Below are positions 1-13,869 of a stretch of DNA of 64,000 nucleotides, piece by piece. Every line of letters begins with the position of its first letter. The first letter of the stretch is position 1. The stretch lies in the NCBI GenBank assembly GCA_002070955.1, contig MWEK01000012.1, forward strand, positions 35,514-99,513. Reading direction: 5' to 3'. Below the pieces are notes generated by a model. It made no database searches and was not told the origin of the DNA. It saw only the letters and a program-made list of their open reading frames with translations. Source of the stretch: Planctomycetes bacterium ADurb.Bin069 (GTDB lineage: Bacteria > Planctomycetota > UBA8108 > UBA8890 > UBA8898). The position numbers were made by a program, and so were the translations under genes.

Positions 1-323
1 ACGGGCAGGCCGAAGGCGAAGTGCAGGTCGTGGTAGGCTTGGGCGCCGGTGGTGCAGATGACATCGACGAAGCCCTTCTCGATGCACTGGATGACGAGGC
101 CGCCGAGGCCGCCGGCGATGCCGGCGCCGGCGATGCCGAGCCAGATGGCGTCGCCGGCGTCGATCATGGTTTTCCAGAGGCGCGCGCCGCGGGCGATGAC
201 GCGCGCTTCGAAACACGTGCCCCCCAGGAGGTCCACCAGTTCGGAGGCCGCCGCGCCGCGGCGGTGCCTGACGGGCTCAATGTCCGGACTCAGGCGGAAG
301 AGCGAATGCTTCGATCGTTTCAT
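1..323 (-). CDS. Deoxyhypusine synthase-like family protein; N-terminal part only, the gene runs off the window start
   Basis: Reverse-strand ATG at 323..321; the translation MKRSKHSLFRLSPDIEP...LGIAGAGIAGGLGGLVIQCIEKGFVDVICTTGAQAYHDLHFAFGLP resembles the N-terminal NAD-binding region of deoxyhypusine/homospermidine synthase-like proteins. No clear SD. Confidence 0.45.
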   Translation of the reverse strand, partial: MKRSKHSLFRLSPDIEPVRHRRGAAASELVDLLGGTCFEARVIARGARLWKTMIDAGDAIWLGIAGAGIAGGLGGLVIQCIEKGFVDVICTTGAQAYHDLHFAFGLP

Positions 324-496
324 GGCGGTATTGTACGCCATCGGGGGAGGCATCCGCGAGCAGCTCCCGCGCGGGCCGCGCGCGGACTGGGCGACCGCGC
401 GCACCGGCGTCGCCCGCGGCCTTGCCATTCGCCGCGGCGCTGCGTATCTTGGAAGGCGTGTCCGCGGTTCGCGCTTCCCTGCAAACGAGGTGACCC

Positions 497-2398
497 ATGA
501 GGATCGGATCGCTTCCGGCGCCGCGGCGGATTGCCGCCTGCGTCGCGACCCTGTGCTTGTTCGCCGCCGTCGCCTGCGCCGCGGGCGACAATATCGCGCC
601 GGAAGGTTACACGGCCCTTTTCAACGGCGCGGATCTTGCGGGCTGGAAGGGGCTTGTGGCCGATCCGCCCGCGCGGGCGGCGATGACGGCGGAGCGCCTC
701 GCCGAGGAGCAGCGGAAAGCCGACGAGCGCATGCGCGCCCACTGGCGCGTCGAGGATGGCGCGCTGGTTTTCGACGGCAAGGGCGACAGCCTCTGCACGG
801 CGCGCGACTACGCCGATTTCGACCTGTACGTCGACTGGAAGATCGAGGCGAAGGGGGACAGCGGAATTTACCTGCGCGGCTCCCCGCAGGTTCAGATCTG
901 GGACAACCCGGTGGGATCGGGCGGCCTCTACAACAACGAGAAGCATCCTTCCGGGCCGCTCTTCGTGGCCGATCGGCCCGTCGGGCAGTGGAATACGTTC
1001 AGGATCATCATGTCGGGCGAGCGCGTGACGGTCTACCTGAACGGGATTCTCGTGGTCGATGACACGCCCATGGAGAATTACTGGGAGCGCGGCAAGCCCA
1101 TCTACCCCTCGGGGCAGATCGAACTCCAGAACCACGGCAGCAAGCTGTACTTCAAGAACATCTACCTGCGCGAGCTTCCCCCCGCGCCGGCGCGGGCGGC
1201 CGCCGCGCCGATCGTGAAACGCGGGTGCCGCGTGGCCGTCGCCGGCGACTCCATCACCGAGCAGCGGCTCTACTCCCGCTTCATCGAGGATTACCTCCTC
1301 ATGTGTTGCGCGGACTTGGATCTGATGTGCATGCAGTTCGGGTGGAGCGGGGAGCGCGCGCCCGGGTTCCAAGCGCGTTTCGCCGACGACTGCCTCGGCT
1401 TCAAGCCCAATGTCGTGACGACCTGCTACGGCATGAACGATGGTTTGTACCGCCCCTACGAACCCGGGATCGGCGCGGCGTACGAGCAAGCCATGCGGGC
1501 CATCGCGCGGGCGGCGGCCGCCGCGGGCGTCGGCATGGTCGTGGGGTCGCCGGGCGCCGTCGATCTCTTCACCTTCAGGCGGCCCGACTTGCCGCCGCCC
1601 GTCTACAACGACAATCTGGCGCGCCTCCGGGACATCGCGCGGACCATCGCCCGGGAATCGGGGCAGCCCTTCGCCAACGTGCACGACCACATGATGCTCG
1701 CGCAGCTTCGGGCCAAGCCCGTTCTCGGCGAGGCCTACGATGTGTGCGGCGGCGATGGCTTCCATCCCCAGCCCAACGGCCACTTGGTCATGGCCTATGC
1801 CTTCCTGAAAGCGTTGGGCATGGACGGCGCCATCGGCTCGATCACGGTGGACATGCAGGGCGGCGCCGCGGCGCAGGGCGGCCACACGGTTTTGAGCGCC
1901 GAGAAGGGCGCCGTCGAAATTCGGAGCGTCAACTACCCGTTCTGCTTCTTCGGCGATGAAAAGTCGCCGGCGGCGACGCGGAGCATCCTGCCGTTCCTCC
2001 CCTTCAACGCGGACTTGAACCGCTTGACCCTCGTCGTCCGGAACCTGACGGGCGCGAGCGCCCGGGTCACGTGGGGCGCGGCCTCGAAGGTCTTCCCGCG
2101 CGCGCGCCTGGAAGAAGGCATCAACCTCGCCGCGGAGTTTCTCGACAACCCCTTCTGCGAGGCCTTCCGCAAAGTCGATGCCCTGGTGGCCAAGAAGCAG
2201 GAGTTCGAGACCGTAATGATCAAGGAGGCCGTGACGAAGTTCAGGTGGATCCGCGCGGCGCTGGGCGATGACGCCGAGGGGGCGCGCGCCATCGCGACGC
2301 TCGTGGACAAGCTCTTCGCGCGGCAGCGCGCCCTGCACGAGGAGGTGCGCGCCGCGATCGCGCCCGTCACGCACAGGCTTGTTGTCGGCGCGCCGTAG
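497..2398 (+). CDS. Secreted fusion protein: DUF1080 (3-keto-disaccharide hydrolase-like/LamG fold) N-terminal domain plus SGNH/GDSL hydrolase domain
   Basis: Signal peptide MRIGSLPAPRRIAACVATLCLFAAVACAAG. The motif FNGADLAGWKG...WRVEDGALV...IYLRGSPQVQIWDN is typical of DUF1080. VAVAGDSITEQ is a GDS(L)-like block-I motif followed by SGNH-like blocks. Confidence 0.7.
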   Translation: MRIGSLPAPRRIAACVATLCLFAAVACAAGDNIAPEGYTALFNGADLAGWKGLVADPPARAAMTAERLAEEQRKADERMRAHWRVEDGALVFDGKGDSLCTARDYADFDLYVDWKIEAKGDSGIYLRGSPQVQIWDNPVGSGGLYNNEKHPSGPLFVADRPVGQWNTFRIIMSGERVTVYLNGILVVDDTPMENYWERGKPIYPSGQIELQNHGSKLYFKNIYLRELPPAPARAAAAPIVKRGCRVAVAGDSITEQRLYSRFIEDYLLMCCADLDLMCMQFGWSGERAPGFQARFADDCLGFKPNVVTTCYGMNDGLYRPYEPGIGAAYEQAMRAIARAAAAAGVGMVVGSPGAVDLFTFRRPDLPPPVYNDNLARLRDIARTIARESGQPFANVHDHMMLAQLRAKPVLGEAYDVCGGDGFHPQPNGHLVMAYAFLKALGMDGAIGSITVDMQGGAAAQGGHTVLSAEKGAVEIRSVNYPFCFFGDEKSPAATRSILPFLPFNADLNRLTLVVRNLTGASARVTWGAASKVFPRARLEEGINLAAEFLDNPFCEAFRKVDALVAKKQEFETVMIKEAVTKFRWIRAALGDDAEGARAIATLVDKLFARQRALHEEVRAAIAPVTHRLVVGAP

Positions 2399-2477
2399 CC
2401 TCGAAAGCGCGCTGAATCCGCCGCTCCCGGAGCCTTTGGAGCCTGTTTTTCCCCTGCGAGAGGAAAGGAGACCGTCC

Positions 2478-7004
<4,527 letters not shown>

Positions 7005-7012
7005 TCAGCGGT

Positions 7013-7453
7013 TCAACGGGAGCCGTGGCCGGCCGGAGCGTGGAGTCCGGCGGCGGGCTCGGGCTCGCCGAGCAGCTTCCTGACCTCGACACGGATCTGC
7101 TCGGGGCGAACGGGCTTGTCGAGCACCTTGTCGGCCTTGATCCACGACCGCGCCTCGGGCGACCGGGCGCCGAAGGAAACGCCCGTCGTGGCCGTCACCG
7201 CCGTGAGCATGATCACCGGCGTCTCGGGATAGAGCTTCTTCAGGTGGTGGCAGAGGACGAAACCGGAGTCCTTCTCCTCCATCATGAGGTCGAGGATCGC
7301 CAGGTCGGGCCGCACCGTGAGGAGGGTCTCCTCGGCCTCGACTTGGCCGCCGGCGCTGACGATGTCGTAGCCCCGCCCCTGCAGGGCGAGAGTGAGCTGG
7401 TCGACGATGTCCGGATCGTCGTCCACAATCAGGATCTTCTTTTTTGCGTTCAT
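7013..7453 (-). CDS. Stand-alone response regulator receiver (CheY-like, no output domain)
   Basis: MNAKKKILIVDDDPDIV...LAILDLMM...PVIMLTA...K shows receiver-domain Asp and Lys motifs. The gene sits between hydA and the nfn-like gene on the same strand. Confidence 0.85.
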   Translation of the reverse strand: MNAKKKILIVDDDPDIVDQLTLALQGRGYDIVSAGGQVEAEETLLTVRPDLAILDLMMEEKDSGFVLCHHLKKLYPETPVIMLTAVTATTGVSFGARSPEARSWIKADKVLDKPVRPEQIRVEVRKLLGEPEPAAGLHAPAGHGSR

Positions 7454-7505
7454 CGTTGTCCTTGCGGGTTCCTGTGCGTTGCGGGTTCACGCGCCGAAGC
7501 GTCCA

Positions 7506-9227
7506 TCATAGCAACACATCGCGCTGGGCGTAATGCGTGTGCAGCAAGCGGTGGCTCGTCTCGCTGAGCGGCTTGCCGAGAAACTCCTCGTAGAGCCGGA
7601 GGACCCACTTGTTGCGGTGGCTCACCCGGAGCTGCTCCTCCCGGTCGATCTTGTACAGCGCCTGCATGCGGGACTTGACCGCCTCCAGGTCGGCCTTGAG
7701 CGGCTGGCCGCCGCCGTTGATGCACCCGCCGGGACAGGTCATGACCTCGATGAAGTGCAGGTCTTTCCGGCCCGCCTTGATCTGATCGAGGAGCTTGCGC
7801 GCCTGCCCGAGGCCGCTCACGACGGCGGCGCCCAACTCCAGCCCGTCGATGTTGAGGCGCACCTCCTTGCAGCCGTGCATGCCGCGGATCGGCTGGATCT
7901 TGAGATCGGGGTACTCCTTGCCCGTGATCAGGAAGTAGGCCGAGCGCACCGCCGCCTCCATGACGCCGCCGCTGGCGCCGAAGATCTTGCCCGCGCTGGA
8001 GCGCTCCCCGAAGGGCGTGTCGGCTCCCTCGGGCTCCATGGCCGCCAGGTCGATGCCGAACATGCGCAGGAGTTGGCCGAGCTCGCGGGTGGTCAGGACG
8101 TAGTCGACGTCGGGGATGTGGCCGGGGGCCATCTCGGGCCGCGAGCACTCGAATTTCTTGGCCGTGCAGGGCATGATGGAAACGCTGACGATCTTGGCCG
8201 GATCGACGGCCTCGCGCTGGGCGAAGAAGCTCTTGATGACCGCGCCCATCATCTGCTGCGGGCTCTTACAGGTGGAGATGTTGGGGATGAACTCGGGGTA
8301 GAACTCCTCGACGAACTTGATCCAGCCCGGCGAGCAGCTCGTCAACATGGGCAGCACGCCGCCCGTCTTGATGCGGTGGACGAGCTCGGAGCCCTCCTCC
8401 ATGATGGTCAGGTCCGCCGCGAAGGAGGTGTCGAAGACGCGGTCGAAGCCCACGCGCCTCAAGGCGGCGACCATTTTGCCGTCCAGATCGGTGCCGGGCT
8501 TGACGCCGAACTCCTCGGCGAGGCTCACCGACACGGCGGGGGCGTGCTGGGCGACGACCAGCTTGTCGGGGTCCGACAGGGCCGCGACGACGTCGGCCAG
8601 CGAACTCGTTTCGCTGAGGGCGCCCGTCGGGCAGACGAGGACGCATTGGCCGCAGTTGACGCAGCTTGAGAGGTTGAGCCCCGTGTCGAAGGCGGTGCCG
8701 ATGAAGGCGCGCGAGCCGCGGTTGACGAAGTCGATGGCGGAGATGCCCTGGACCTCCTCGCAGACGCGCACGCAGCGCCCGCAGAGGATGCATTTGTCCG
8801 GGTCGCGCAGAATCGAGGGGCTGGAGACGTCCAGCTCCCTGGTCGTCTTCTTCCCGCGGTACAGGCGCTGGCGGATTCCCATCTCCATGGACAGAGTCTG
8901 GAGATCGCACTTGCCGTTGCGCGCGCAGTACAGGCAGTCATCGGGGTGGTTGCTCAAGAGCAATTCCACGTTGGTCCGGCGCGCCTCGAGCACCTTGGGC
9001 GAACGGGTCTTGATCTTCATGCCGGGGGCGACGGGAAAGGAGCAGGCCGGCGTCAACGTCGGGGAGCCCTCGACCTCCACCACGCAGAGGCGGCAGGCGC
9101 CGCTGGGCGGCAGCCCCTCCATGTGGCAGAGCGTGGGCACCTGGATGCCCTCGCGCTTGAGCGCCGTCAGAATCGTCTCGCCCTCGTTGGCCTGGATCGT
9201 ACGACCGTCAGCTTCGAACGTGATCAT
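7506..9227 (-). CDS. hydA: [FeFe]-hydrogenase catalytic subunit HydA (multimeric/bifurcating type: N-terminal 2Fe-2S, 4Fe-4S ferredoxin domains and H-cluster domain)
   Basis: H-cluster motifs TSCSPGWIKFVE, MPCTAKKFE and MTCPGGCINGGGQP. N-terminal CxxC plant-ferredoxin-like fold and CxxCxxCxxxCP 4Fe-4S motifs. ATG at 9227. Confidence 0.9.
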   Translation of the reverse strand: MITFEADGRTIQANEGETILTALKREGIQVPTLCHMEGLPPSGACRLCVVEVEGSPTLTPACSFPVAPGMKIKTRSPKVLEARRTNVELLLSNHPDDCLYCARNGKCDLQTLSMEMGIRQRLYRGKKTTRELDVSSPSILRDPDKCILCGRCVRVCEEVQGISAIDFVNRGSRAFIGTAFDTGLNLSSCVNCGQCVLVCPTGALSETSSLADVVAALSDPDKLVVAQHAPAVSVSLAEEFGVKPGTDLDGKMVAALRRVGFDRVFDTSFAADLTIMEEGSELVHRIKTGGVLPMLTSCSPGWIKFVEEFYPEFIPNISTCKSPQQMMGAVIKSFFAQREAVDPAKIVSVSIMPCTAKKFECSRPEMAPGHIPDVDYVLTTRELGQLLRMFGIDLAAMEPEGADTPFGERSSAGKIFGASGGVMEAAVRSAYFLITGKEYPDLKIQPIRGMHGCKEVRLNIDGLELGAAVVSGLGQARKLLDQIKAGRKDLHFIEVMTCPGGCINGGGQPLKADLEAVKSRMQALYKIDREEQLRVSHRNKWVLRLYEEFLGKPLSETSHRLLHTHYAQRDVLL

Positions 9228-9256
9228 GTTGCACCTTTATCCTTTTTCTTTCGGCC

Positions 9257-12200
9257 TCACTCCGGTTGCGTGAAATCGAGATCGCACCGCAGGCACCGGC
9301 GCGCCTCGCACACGGCGGCCTCCTCGCTCACGGCCAGCTCGACCTCGGCGAAGCACTTCGCGCGTTTGGCCACGGGCAGCTCCGGCGCGCGCACGCGCCC
9401 CGCGGGCTCGGCATCCTCGTCCGGCAGTTGGACCGGCTCGATGTACACCGTGGGCAGCGTCACCTTCGGCAGGGTCCTCATGAGCTTGCCCTTGAGGAAC
9501 CGGTCGATCATGAGGGCCGCGTTCTTGCCCGCCGCGATGGCCGCGACGACGGTGCTCGGGCCGGTGACCATGTCGCCGCCGGCGAACACGCCCGGCCGGT
9601 CCGTGGCGTAGGACTCGGGGTTGACCGCGACGGTGTTCCACTTCGTCTTTCTGAGGCCGTCGAGCCCCTCGGTTTCGGCCTCCTCGCTGATGGCCGCAAT
9701 GAGGGTGTCGAGCTCCACCTCGAACTCGGAGCCCGGCACCGGCACGGGCTTGGCGCGGCCGGAGGCATCGCGCTCGCCGAGGCGGTTGCGGATGAGCCGC
9801 AGGCCGGTCAGGGCGCCGTTCTTGGAGAGCACCGCCACCGGCGCCACCAATTCCTCGATTTTGATGCCTTCCTTGAGGGCCCCCTCGATTTCCTCGGCGT
9901 AGGCCGGCATCTCCTGGCGCGTGCGGCGGTAGAAGACCGTGACGCTCGTAACGCCCTTCTCCCTGAAGGCCACGCGGGCGGCATCGATGGCGGAGTTGCC
10001 GCCGCCGACAATGCCGACCCGCCCCTTGGCGGTCTCCTTGCCGTGGAGGTTGTAGTCCTTGAGGAAGGTCACGCCGGGCAGGACGCCCTTGACATCCTCG
10101 CCGGGCACTCCGAGCTTCTTGCTCCGGTGCGCGCCGAGGGCCAGGTACACCGCCTTGTAGCCCTCCTTGAACAGGCCGTCGACCGTCACGTCGCGGCCCA
10201 GCGCCGCGCCGTACTTGATCTCGACGTTCTGGTTGAGAAGGGCCTCGATCTCCTTGTTGAGCGTTTGGCGGGGCAGGCGGTAGGCGGGAATGGCCGCGAC
10301 CAGCATCCCCCCCGCCTTGGCCTCGCGCTCGAAGACCGTGACCTTGTTTCCCAGGAGCGACAGATAGTGGGCGGCCGCGAGGCCCGAGGGGCCGGCGCCG
10401 ACCACCGCGACCTTGGGCGCGTTCTCGGCGGCCGGAATGGCGACCGGCGCCCCGACGGAAGGATCGACGCGGTCGACGACGAAACGCTTCAGCGTGCGAA
10501 TCGCGATGGGCTCGCCGCCGGTTTGACCCGCGCGGCAGGTGCGCTCGCAGGGGTGGTGGCAGACGCGGGCGCAGGCCGACGGGAAGGGGTTCGCGGCCCG
10601 GATGGCGCGGTAGGCGTCCTGGTACTCGCCGCGGGAAATATGGGCGACGTAACGCCAGACCTCGGTGCCCACCGGGCAGCCGTTCTGGCACGGCGCGCCG
10701 ACCAGCTCCTTGCAAGCGCCGGCCGGGCAGCTCCGGTCGAAGATATGCGCCTCGTACTCGTCGCGGAACCACTTCAGCGTGCTGAGCACCGGGTTGGGCG
10801 CGGTCTGTCCCAGGCCGCAGAGGCTCGTCGTCTTGATCGTCTCGCCGAGCTGCTGCAGGTACATGATGCCCTGGACGCGCAGGAGGGCGTCGATGTCCTC
10901 CTCCCGCTTACGGGGGCGGCACACGGCTTGGAGGATTTCCAGCATGCGCTTCGTGCCCTCGCGGCACGGGATGCACTTGCCGCAGCTCTCGCTCTGGATG
11001 AACTCCATGAAGAACTTGGCGAAGTCGACCATGCAGGTGCCCTCGTCGACGACGACCATGCCGCCCGAACCCATGATCGTGCCGAACTCCTTGAGGGCCT
11101 CGTAGTCCGTCGGGAGGTCCAGATGCGCTTCGGGGACGCAGCCGCCCGAGGGGCCGCCGATCTGAACGGCCTTGCACTTGCGGTTGTTGGGGATCCCGCC
11201 GCCCGCCTCGAAGACGACGGTGCGCAGCGTCGTGCCCATGGGCACCTCGACCAGGCCGGTGCGCCTGACCATGCCCGAGAGCGCGAACACCTTCGTGCCC
11301 TTGCTGCCCTTGGTTCCCAGGGCCGAGTACCACTCGGCGCCGTGGTGCAGGATCAGCGGGAGGTTCGCCAGGGTCTCGACGTTGTTGATGACGGTGGGCT
11401 TGCCGAAGAGGCCCTTGACCGCCGGGAAGGGCGGGCGGGGCCGAGGCATGCCGCGGCGCCCCTCGATGGAATGGATCAGCGCGGTTTCCTCGCCGCAGAC
11501 GAAGGCGCCGGCGCCCATCTTGAGCACGATGTCCAGATCGTTGCCGGTGTCGAAGATGTTCCGGCCCAGGAGGCCGCAGGCGCGGGCCTGGGCGATGGCG
11601 TCGGTCAAGCGCTTGATCGCGAGGGGATACTCGGCGCGGATGTAAATGTACGCCTTGGTGGCGCCGAAGGCGTAGGCGGCGATGATCATGCCCTCCAGGA
11701 GGCGATGGGGATCGCTCTCGCCGACGGCCCGGTCCATGAAGGCGCCGGGGTCGCCCTCGTCCGCGTTGCAGATGAGGTATTTTTGATCACCGACCGCCTG
11801 GCGCGCGAACTTCCACTTCCTCCCCGTGGGGAAGCCGCCGCCGCCGCGGCCGCGCAGCCCGCTGGCCTCGACGCAGTTGCACACGTCCTCCGGCGTCATT
11901 GTCTTGAGGGCCTTGGTCGCGGCCGAGTAGCCGCCCCAGGCGATGTACTCATCGATGCTGCTCGGATCGATGATGCCGCTGGCCGCCAAGACGACGCGGT
12001 ACTGGGGCCGCAGGAACGAGTGGGCCTCGAGGGCCGGGACGCCGTCCCAAGCTTTGGCGCCGACGTTCCGGAACTGTCCGATGACGCCGTTGCCCGCGGG
12101 AATCACGCCTTTGCCGAGGACCGCGGCCAGGAGATCGGGAACCTTCTCGGCGGTGACTCCGCCGAAGCTCACGCGCGTCCGGCCGGGCAGGTGGATATCG

Positions 12201-12532
12201 ACGATGGGTTCCTCGGAGCACAGGCCGATGCAGCCGGTCTCGAGGACCTGCGCGTCGCTTTTGTGCGCCGCCACCCATTCCTTGATCGCCGCGAGGGTCT
12301 TGCCCGCGCCGGCGCCCAGGCCGCAAGTGCCCGCGCCCACGAAGACGACGGGCGTCGCGAGCGTTTCGCGGCGCAGCGCGGCGAGCAGTTCCGCGATCTT
12401 CCCGGGGTCTCCGGTGCGCGCGGCCGCGAAAGAGCCCGCCTTGAGCCAGCCCAGGAGATCCGGCGACGGCGCCGGCGGCTCGGCCCAGCATTTACCCGGA
12501 GACACCGGACGAACGAAATCACCTAGGCGCAT
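9257..12532 (-). CDS. hydB: HydB/NuoF-like flavoprotein subunit (NuoE-like Trx-like 2Fe-2S N-terminus, FMN/NADH site, 4Fe-4S clusters) fused to a C-terminal GltD-like (glutamate synthase small chain/NfnB-like) FAD/NAD(P)H domain
   Basis: ATG at 12532 with GAAAAGGAGG 7 nt upstream. NuoF-like motifs are GLRGRGGGGFPTGRKW and ESCGKCIPCREGT. The residues beyond about 590 (CQNGCPVG...[14 protein letters not shown]...VFAGGDMVTGPSTV) are GltD-like. Confidence 0.85.
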   Translation of the reverse strand: MRLGDFVRPVSPGKCWAEPPAPSPDLLGWLKAGSFAAARTGDPGKIAELLAALRRETLATPVVFVGAGTCGLGAGAGKTLAAIKEWVAAHKSDAQVLETGCIGLCSEEPIVDIHLPGRTRVSFGGVTAEKVPDLLAAVLGKGVIPAGNGVIGQFRNVGAKAWDGVPALEAHSFLRPQYRVVLAASGIIDPSSIDEYIAWGGYSAATKALKTMTPEDVCNCVEASGLRGRGGGGFPTGRKWKFARQAVGDQKYLICNADEGDPGAFMDRAVGESDPHRLLEGMIIAAYAFGATKAYIYIRAEYPLAIKRLTDAIAQARACGLLGRNIFDTGNDLDIVLKMGAGAFVCGEETALIHSIEGRRGMPRPRPPFPAVKGLFGKPTVINNVETLANLPLILHHGAEWYSALGTKGSKGTKVFALSGMVRRTGLVEVPMGTTLRTVVFEAGGGIPNNRKCKAVQIGGPSGGCVPEAHLDLPTDYEALKEFGTIMGSGGMVVVDEGTCMVDFAKFFMEFIQSESCGKCIPCREGTKRMLEILQAVCRPRKREEDIDALLRVQGIMYLQQLGETIKTTSLCGLGQTAPNPVLSTLKWFRDEYEAHIFDRSCPAGACKELVGAPCQNGCPVGTEVWRYVAHISRGEYQDAYRAIRAANPFPSACARVCHHPCERTCRAGQTGGEPIAIRTLKRFVVDRVDPSVGAPVAIPAAENAPKVAVVGAGPSGLAAAHYLSLLGNKVTVFEREAKAGGMLVAAIPAYRLPRQTLNKEIEALLNQNVEIKYGAALGRDVTVDGLFKEGYKAVYLALGAHRSKKLGVPGEDVKGVLPGVTFLKDYNLHGKETAKGRVGIVGGGNSAIDAARVAFREKGVTSVTVFYRRTRQEMPAYAEEIEGALKEGIKIEELVAPVAVLSKNGALTGLRLIRNRLGERDASGRAKPVPVPGSEFEVELDTLIAAISEEAETEGLDGLRKTKWNTVAVNPESYATDRPGVFAGGDMVTGPSTVVAAIAAGKNAALMIDRFLKGKLMRTLPKVTLPTVYIEPVQLPDEDAEPAGRVRAPELPVAKRAKCFAEVELAVSEEAAVCEARRCLRCDLDFTQPE

Positions 12533-13001
12533 TGACGGCCTCCTTTTCACGGCAGCTCTGAATGATCTGCGCCAGCTTGCGCGGCGACACTTTGGCGTAG
12601 AATTCCCCGTTGACGTTGACGACGGGCGCCAAACCGCAGGCGCCCATGCAGGCGACGACCTCCAGGCTGAACATCCGGTCGCGGGAGGTCTGGCCGGGGC
12701 TGAGCTTGAGCTGCTTCATGACGGTCTGCAGCACCTTGTCCGAGCCCTTGACGTGGCAGGCCGTGCCGCGACACACCATGAAGTGGTACTTGCCCTTGGG
12801 CTGGAAGCGGAACTGGTTGTAGAAGGTCGCCACGCCGTAGATCTTGCTGGCTGGGAGCTTGAGGTGCTTGCTGATTTGGATGACCGCCTCCCGCGACAGG
12901 TATCCCTCGGCTTCCTGCACCTCCTGCAGGATCGGGATAAGCGCGTCGCGCGAGGCGCCCTGATGCTGCGTCAGGATCCTTTCAACGGTTTGGGCGCTCA
13001 T
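12519..13001 (-). CDS. hydC: HydC/NuoE-like thioredoxin-fold [2Fe-2S] subunit of multimeric [FeFe]-hydrogenase
   Basis: The translation ...MVCRGTACHVKGSDKVL...VACMGACGLAPVVNVNG matches the NuoE/HoxE 2Fe-2S family. The ATG at 13001 overlaps the rex stop codon (ATGA). Confidence 0.85.
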   Translation of the reverse strand: MSAQTVERILTQHQGASRDALIPILQEVQEAEGYLSREAVIQISKHLKLPASKIYGVATFYNQFRFQPKGKYHFMVCRGTACHVKGSDKVLQTVMKQLKLSPGQTSRDRMFSLEVVACMGACGLAPVVNVNGEFYAKVSPRKLAQIIQSCREKEAVNAPR

Positions 13002-13666
13002 GCGTGTTTCCTTTCCATCTGCTGTCCCCGGCGCGCGAAGAACGCGACCTTCTCGAGGGACATGGCCAGATCAATATCCTCGACGAAGACGTGGTCTGGA
13101 ACGCGCAGCGTCACCGGGGCGAAATTGAGAATGCCGCGCACGCCGGCATCGACGAGCAGGTCGGCCGTCGCCTGGGCGGCGGCCGCGGGGACCGTCAGCA
13201 TGGCGACCTCGATGCGGGCGGCGGCGGCCACCGTGCGGAGATCGGCGACGGGATAGCAGCGGCAGCCGAAGGTGACGCAGTTGGTTTTCGCAGAATCGAT
13301 GTCGAAGGTCGCGACGACGGCCAGGCGGGACCGGCGGCCGGCGAAGAAGCTCAGAATGGCGCGCCCGAGGTTGCCCAGGCCGACGAGCGCCACGTTCTGG
13401 GTGCCGGGGCGGTAGAGGAATTCCTCGATTCCGGCGAGGAGCTCCCGCCGGTCGTAGCCGCGGTTGGGGCTGCCCGCGCAGCCGACGAGCATGAGATCGC
13501 GGCGCACCTGCGCCGAGGAGACGCCGCACATGGCGCCGAGCTCATAAGAGTATATGAACCGTTTTTGGTGTTCGTGGGCGCCCGAGAGGCGTTTTCGATA
13601 GAGAATCAGACGGCTGACCGTCCGCTCCGAGATTGTGCGCTCGGATCCGCCCTGTTGCTTCTTCAT
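12998..13666 (-). CDS. rex: Redox-sensing transcriptional repressor Rex (NADH/NAD+ sensor)
   Basis: N-terminal winged helix (RLILYRKRL...) and Rossmann fold (VALVGLGNLGRAIL) typical of Rex. First gene of the hydCBA operon. Confidence 0.85.
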   Translation of the reverse strand: MKKQQGGSERTISERTVSRLILYRKRLSGAHEHQKRFIYSYELGAMCGVSSAQVRRDLMLVGCAGSPNRGYDRRELLAGIEEFLYRPGTQNVALVGLGNLGRAILSFFAGRRSRLAVVATFDIDSAKTNCVTFGCRCYPVADLRTVAAAARIEVAMLTVPAAAAQATADLLVDAGVRGILNFAPVTLRVPDHVFVEDIDLAMSLEKVAFFARRGQQMERKHA

Positions 13667-13691
13667 GATCTAATTCGTTACACGCGTAGCG

Positions 13692-13709
13692 CTGTGAAAT
13701 ATCTCACGT
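13692..13709. promoter_or_regulatory. Putative degenerate Rex operator (cTGTGAA-ATAT-cTCACgt)
   Basis: Compared with the canonical Rex box TTGTGAAnnnnTTCACAA, the first half-site is perfect and the second has two mismatches. It lies 26 nt upstream of the minus-strand rex start. Confidence 0.4.
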
Positions 13710-13808
13710 ATTATGGCGCATCCCTCGGCGGTTGTCAAGGTGGTCGTAAGGCGGCTCCTTGGCATGATCGTTGCGGGGAACTTGACGCCGGGTTGTCTTG
13801 ACGTTAAG

Positions 13809-13826
13809 CTGTGAATGGTTTCACAA
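13809..13826. promoter_or_regulatory. Putative Rex operator (cTGTGAA-tggt-TTCACAA), near-perfect inverted repeat
   Basis: 17/18 match to TTGTGAAnnnnTTCACAA. It is 44 nt upstream of the plus-strand rex paralog start and within the shared divergent promoter region. Confidence 0.6.
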
Positions 13827-13869
13827 TGTGATTGGCTTTGCAAGGCTCCCGGGAGCTTCATGGTCACCG

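Noticed and set aside
9266-12526. 1086-aa plus-strand ORF
   Set aside because: It is the antisense shadow of the hydB-gltD fusion gene.
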